DNA from: an uncultured Planctomycetia bacterium
GTDB lineage: Bacteria; Omnitrophota; Gorgyraeia; Duberdicusellales; 4484-171
NCBI GenBank assembly: GCA_964629655.1
Contig: CAZVQU010000002.1
Span: 226,814-290,813 of the forward strand
Reading direction: 5' to 3'
DNA length: 64,000 nt
In this document: one piece after another, positions 63,322 to 64,000 of the stretch
Layout: each line of letters begins with the position of its first letter
How positions within the stretch are numbered: the stretch's first letter is position 1
The notes under the pieces: model-generated
What the model saw: only the letters and a program-made list of their open reading frames with translations
Databases searched by the model: none
Told to the model about the DNA's origin: nothing
Program-made: the position numbers and the translations under genes

Positions 63322-64000
63322 TTAACTTCCGATTTTTAAAGGAGAAAAAATCTTTTTTAATAACTGTTGCGTGGAAAGTATAGCTAAAGCGCTTGTCTTC
63401 GGGTTTGTTTTTGAAGGAATATTTTCTACTTTTATGCTTAATTTAGCTTCCTCAGAATCCACAACGACATGGTGCACGTTTCTCTTTAGCTTTGGATCAG
63501 CCTTTATGCAAACTTCAACCTTCTTGAAAGCTGAAGCCAAAGATATGGCGACTGCAACATTTATATTTTTGGGAAAATGCTTTATCGCTTCCTTTACGCC
63601 GCCTCTAAACACAACCTTTTCTTTCTTTAGATTTGTTAAATTAATCTTCCTCTCCTTTAAATAATCAGCACCGATAAGCCCACGTGGCGGTTTAGAAGTA
63701 GTTAAAGATACTTTATTAATCTTTCCCATACTTAGAGCACCTAAGCCATCTATCCCTGAAACTGCCCCTGAAGAAACGTAGATGTTTATCCCTCTTTTAT
63801 CTGCCGCTTTTAGCAGGGAAGCCTTATCGATAAGGGCACCCACGCTAAGAATTATTAAGTCTTTGCGGTAGGTAATTACTTTCTTAAGAAGAAAACTAGC
63901 TGCTGCGCCAGAAGCAGTCTCAATAACTAAATCTACCTTTTTTACCAAATCAACACTATCGTATATCTTAGGATCTGAGCCTAATTTCTTCTGTAAGCCT
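63322..64000 (-). CDS. nadX: L-aspartate dehydrogenase, 5' end beyond the window
   Basis: DLVIETAS, LSVGAL, SGAVSGID, TTSKPP, FPKNINVA, NPKTSALA; frame stays open to the window edge. Confidence 0.88.
   Translation of the reverse strand, partial: GLQKKLGSDPKIYDSVDLVKKVDLVIETASGAAASFLLKKVITYRKDLIILSVGALIDKASLLKAADKRGINIYVSSGAVSGIDGLGALSMGKINKVSLTTSKPPRGLIGADYLKERKINLTNLKKEKVVFRGGVKEAIKHFPKNINVAVAISLASAFKKVEVCIKADPKLKRNVHHVVVDSEEAKLSIKVENIPSKTNPKTSALAILSTQQLLKKIFSPLKIGS

Overview
A 64 kb, AT-rich, gene-dense stretch of core bacterial chromosome. Every credible gene lies on the minus strand. In transcription order (high to low coordinate) it holds: (1) a partial nadX, uvrA, a large exported TPR protein with ExbB/ExbD and a TonB-like partner, three small ORFs (Zn-ribbon membrane protein, winged helix, PilX-like pilin) and tRNA-Ala; (2) rsmE, mtaB, rluB, gmhB, a GT28 glycosyltransferase, a degenerate priA, fmt, acylphosphatase and ligA; (3) a fused translation/transcription supercluster: tRNA-Thr, rpmG, tRNA-Trp, secE, nusG, rplKAJL, rpoBC, then the str, S10, spc and alpha genes, with no rpmD; (4) a central-metabolism block (aminotransferase, LeuC-like, PilT, LeuD-like, IDH-type dehydrogenase, MDH, short Lpd, acyl-CoA dehydrogenase); (5) aroK-dprA-topA-xerC-waaA-lpxK and a partial lipid A acyltransferase. 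LPS genes, absence of L30 and scattered pilus genes suggest a diderm of the PVC superphylum, plausibly Omnitrophota (inference, not verified). I saw no mobile element, CRISPR array or rRNA. The most unusual items are an intact tRNA-Thr(GGU) nested inside the two halves of a second, degenerate tRNA-Thr-like gene; a PilT ATPase placed between the two subunits of an aconitase-family enzyme; a PriA lacking helicase motifs; an orphan TPR-ExbBD-TonB-like module; and odd insertions in L3, L4, EF-Tu and RluB. All calls come from reading motifs by eye; no searches were run.
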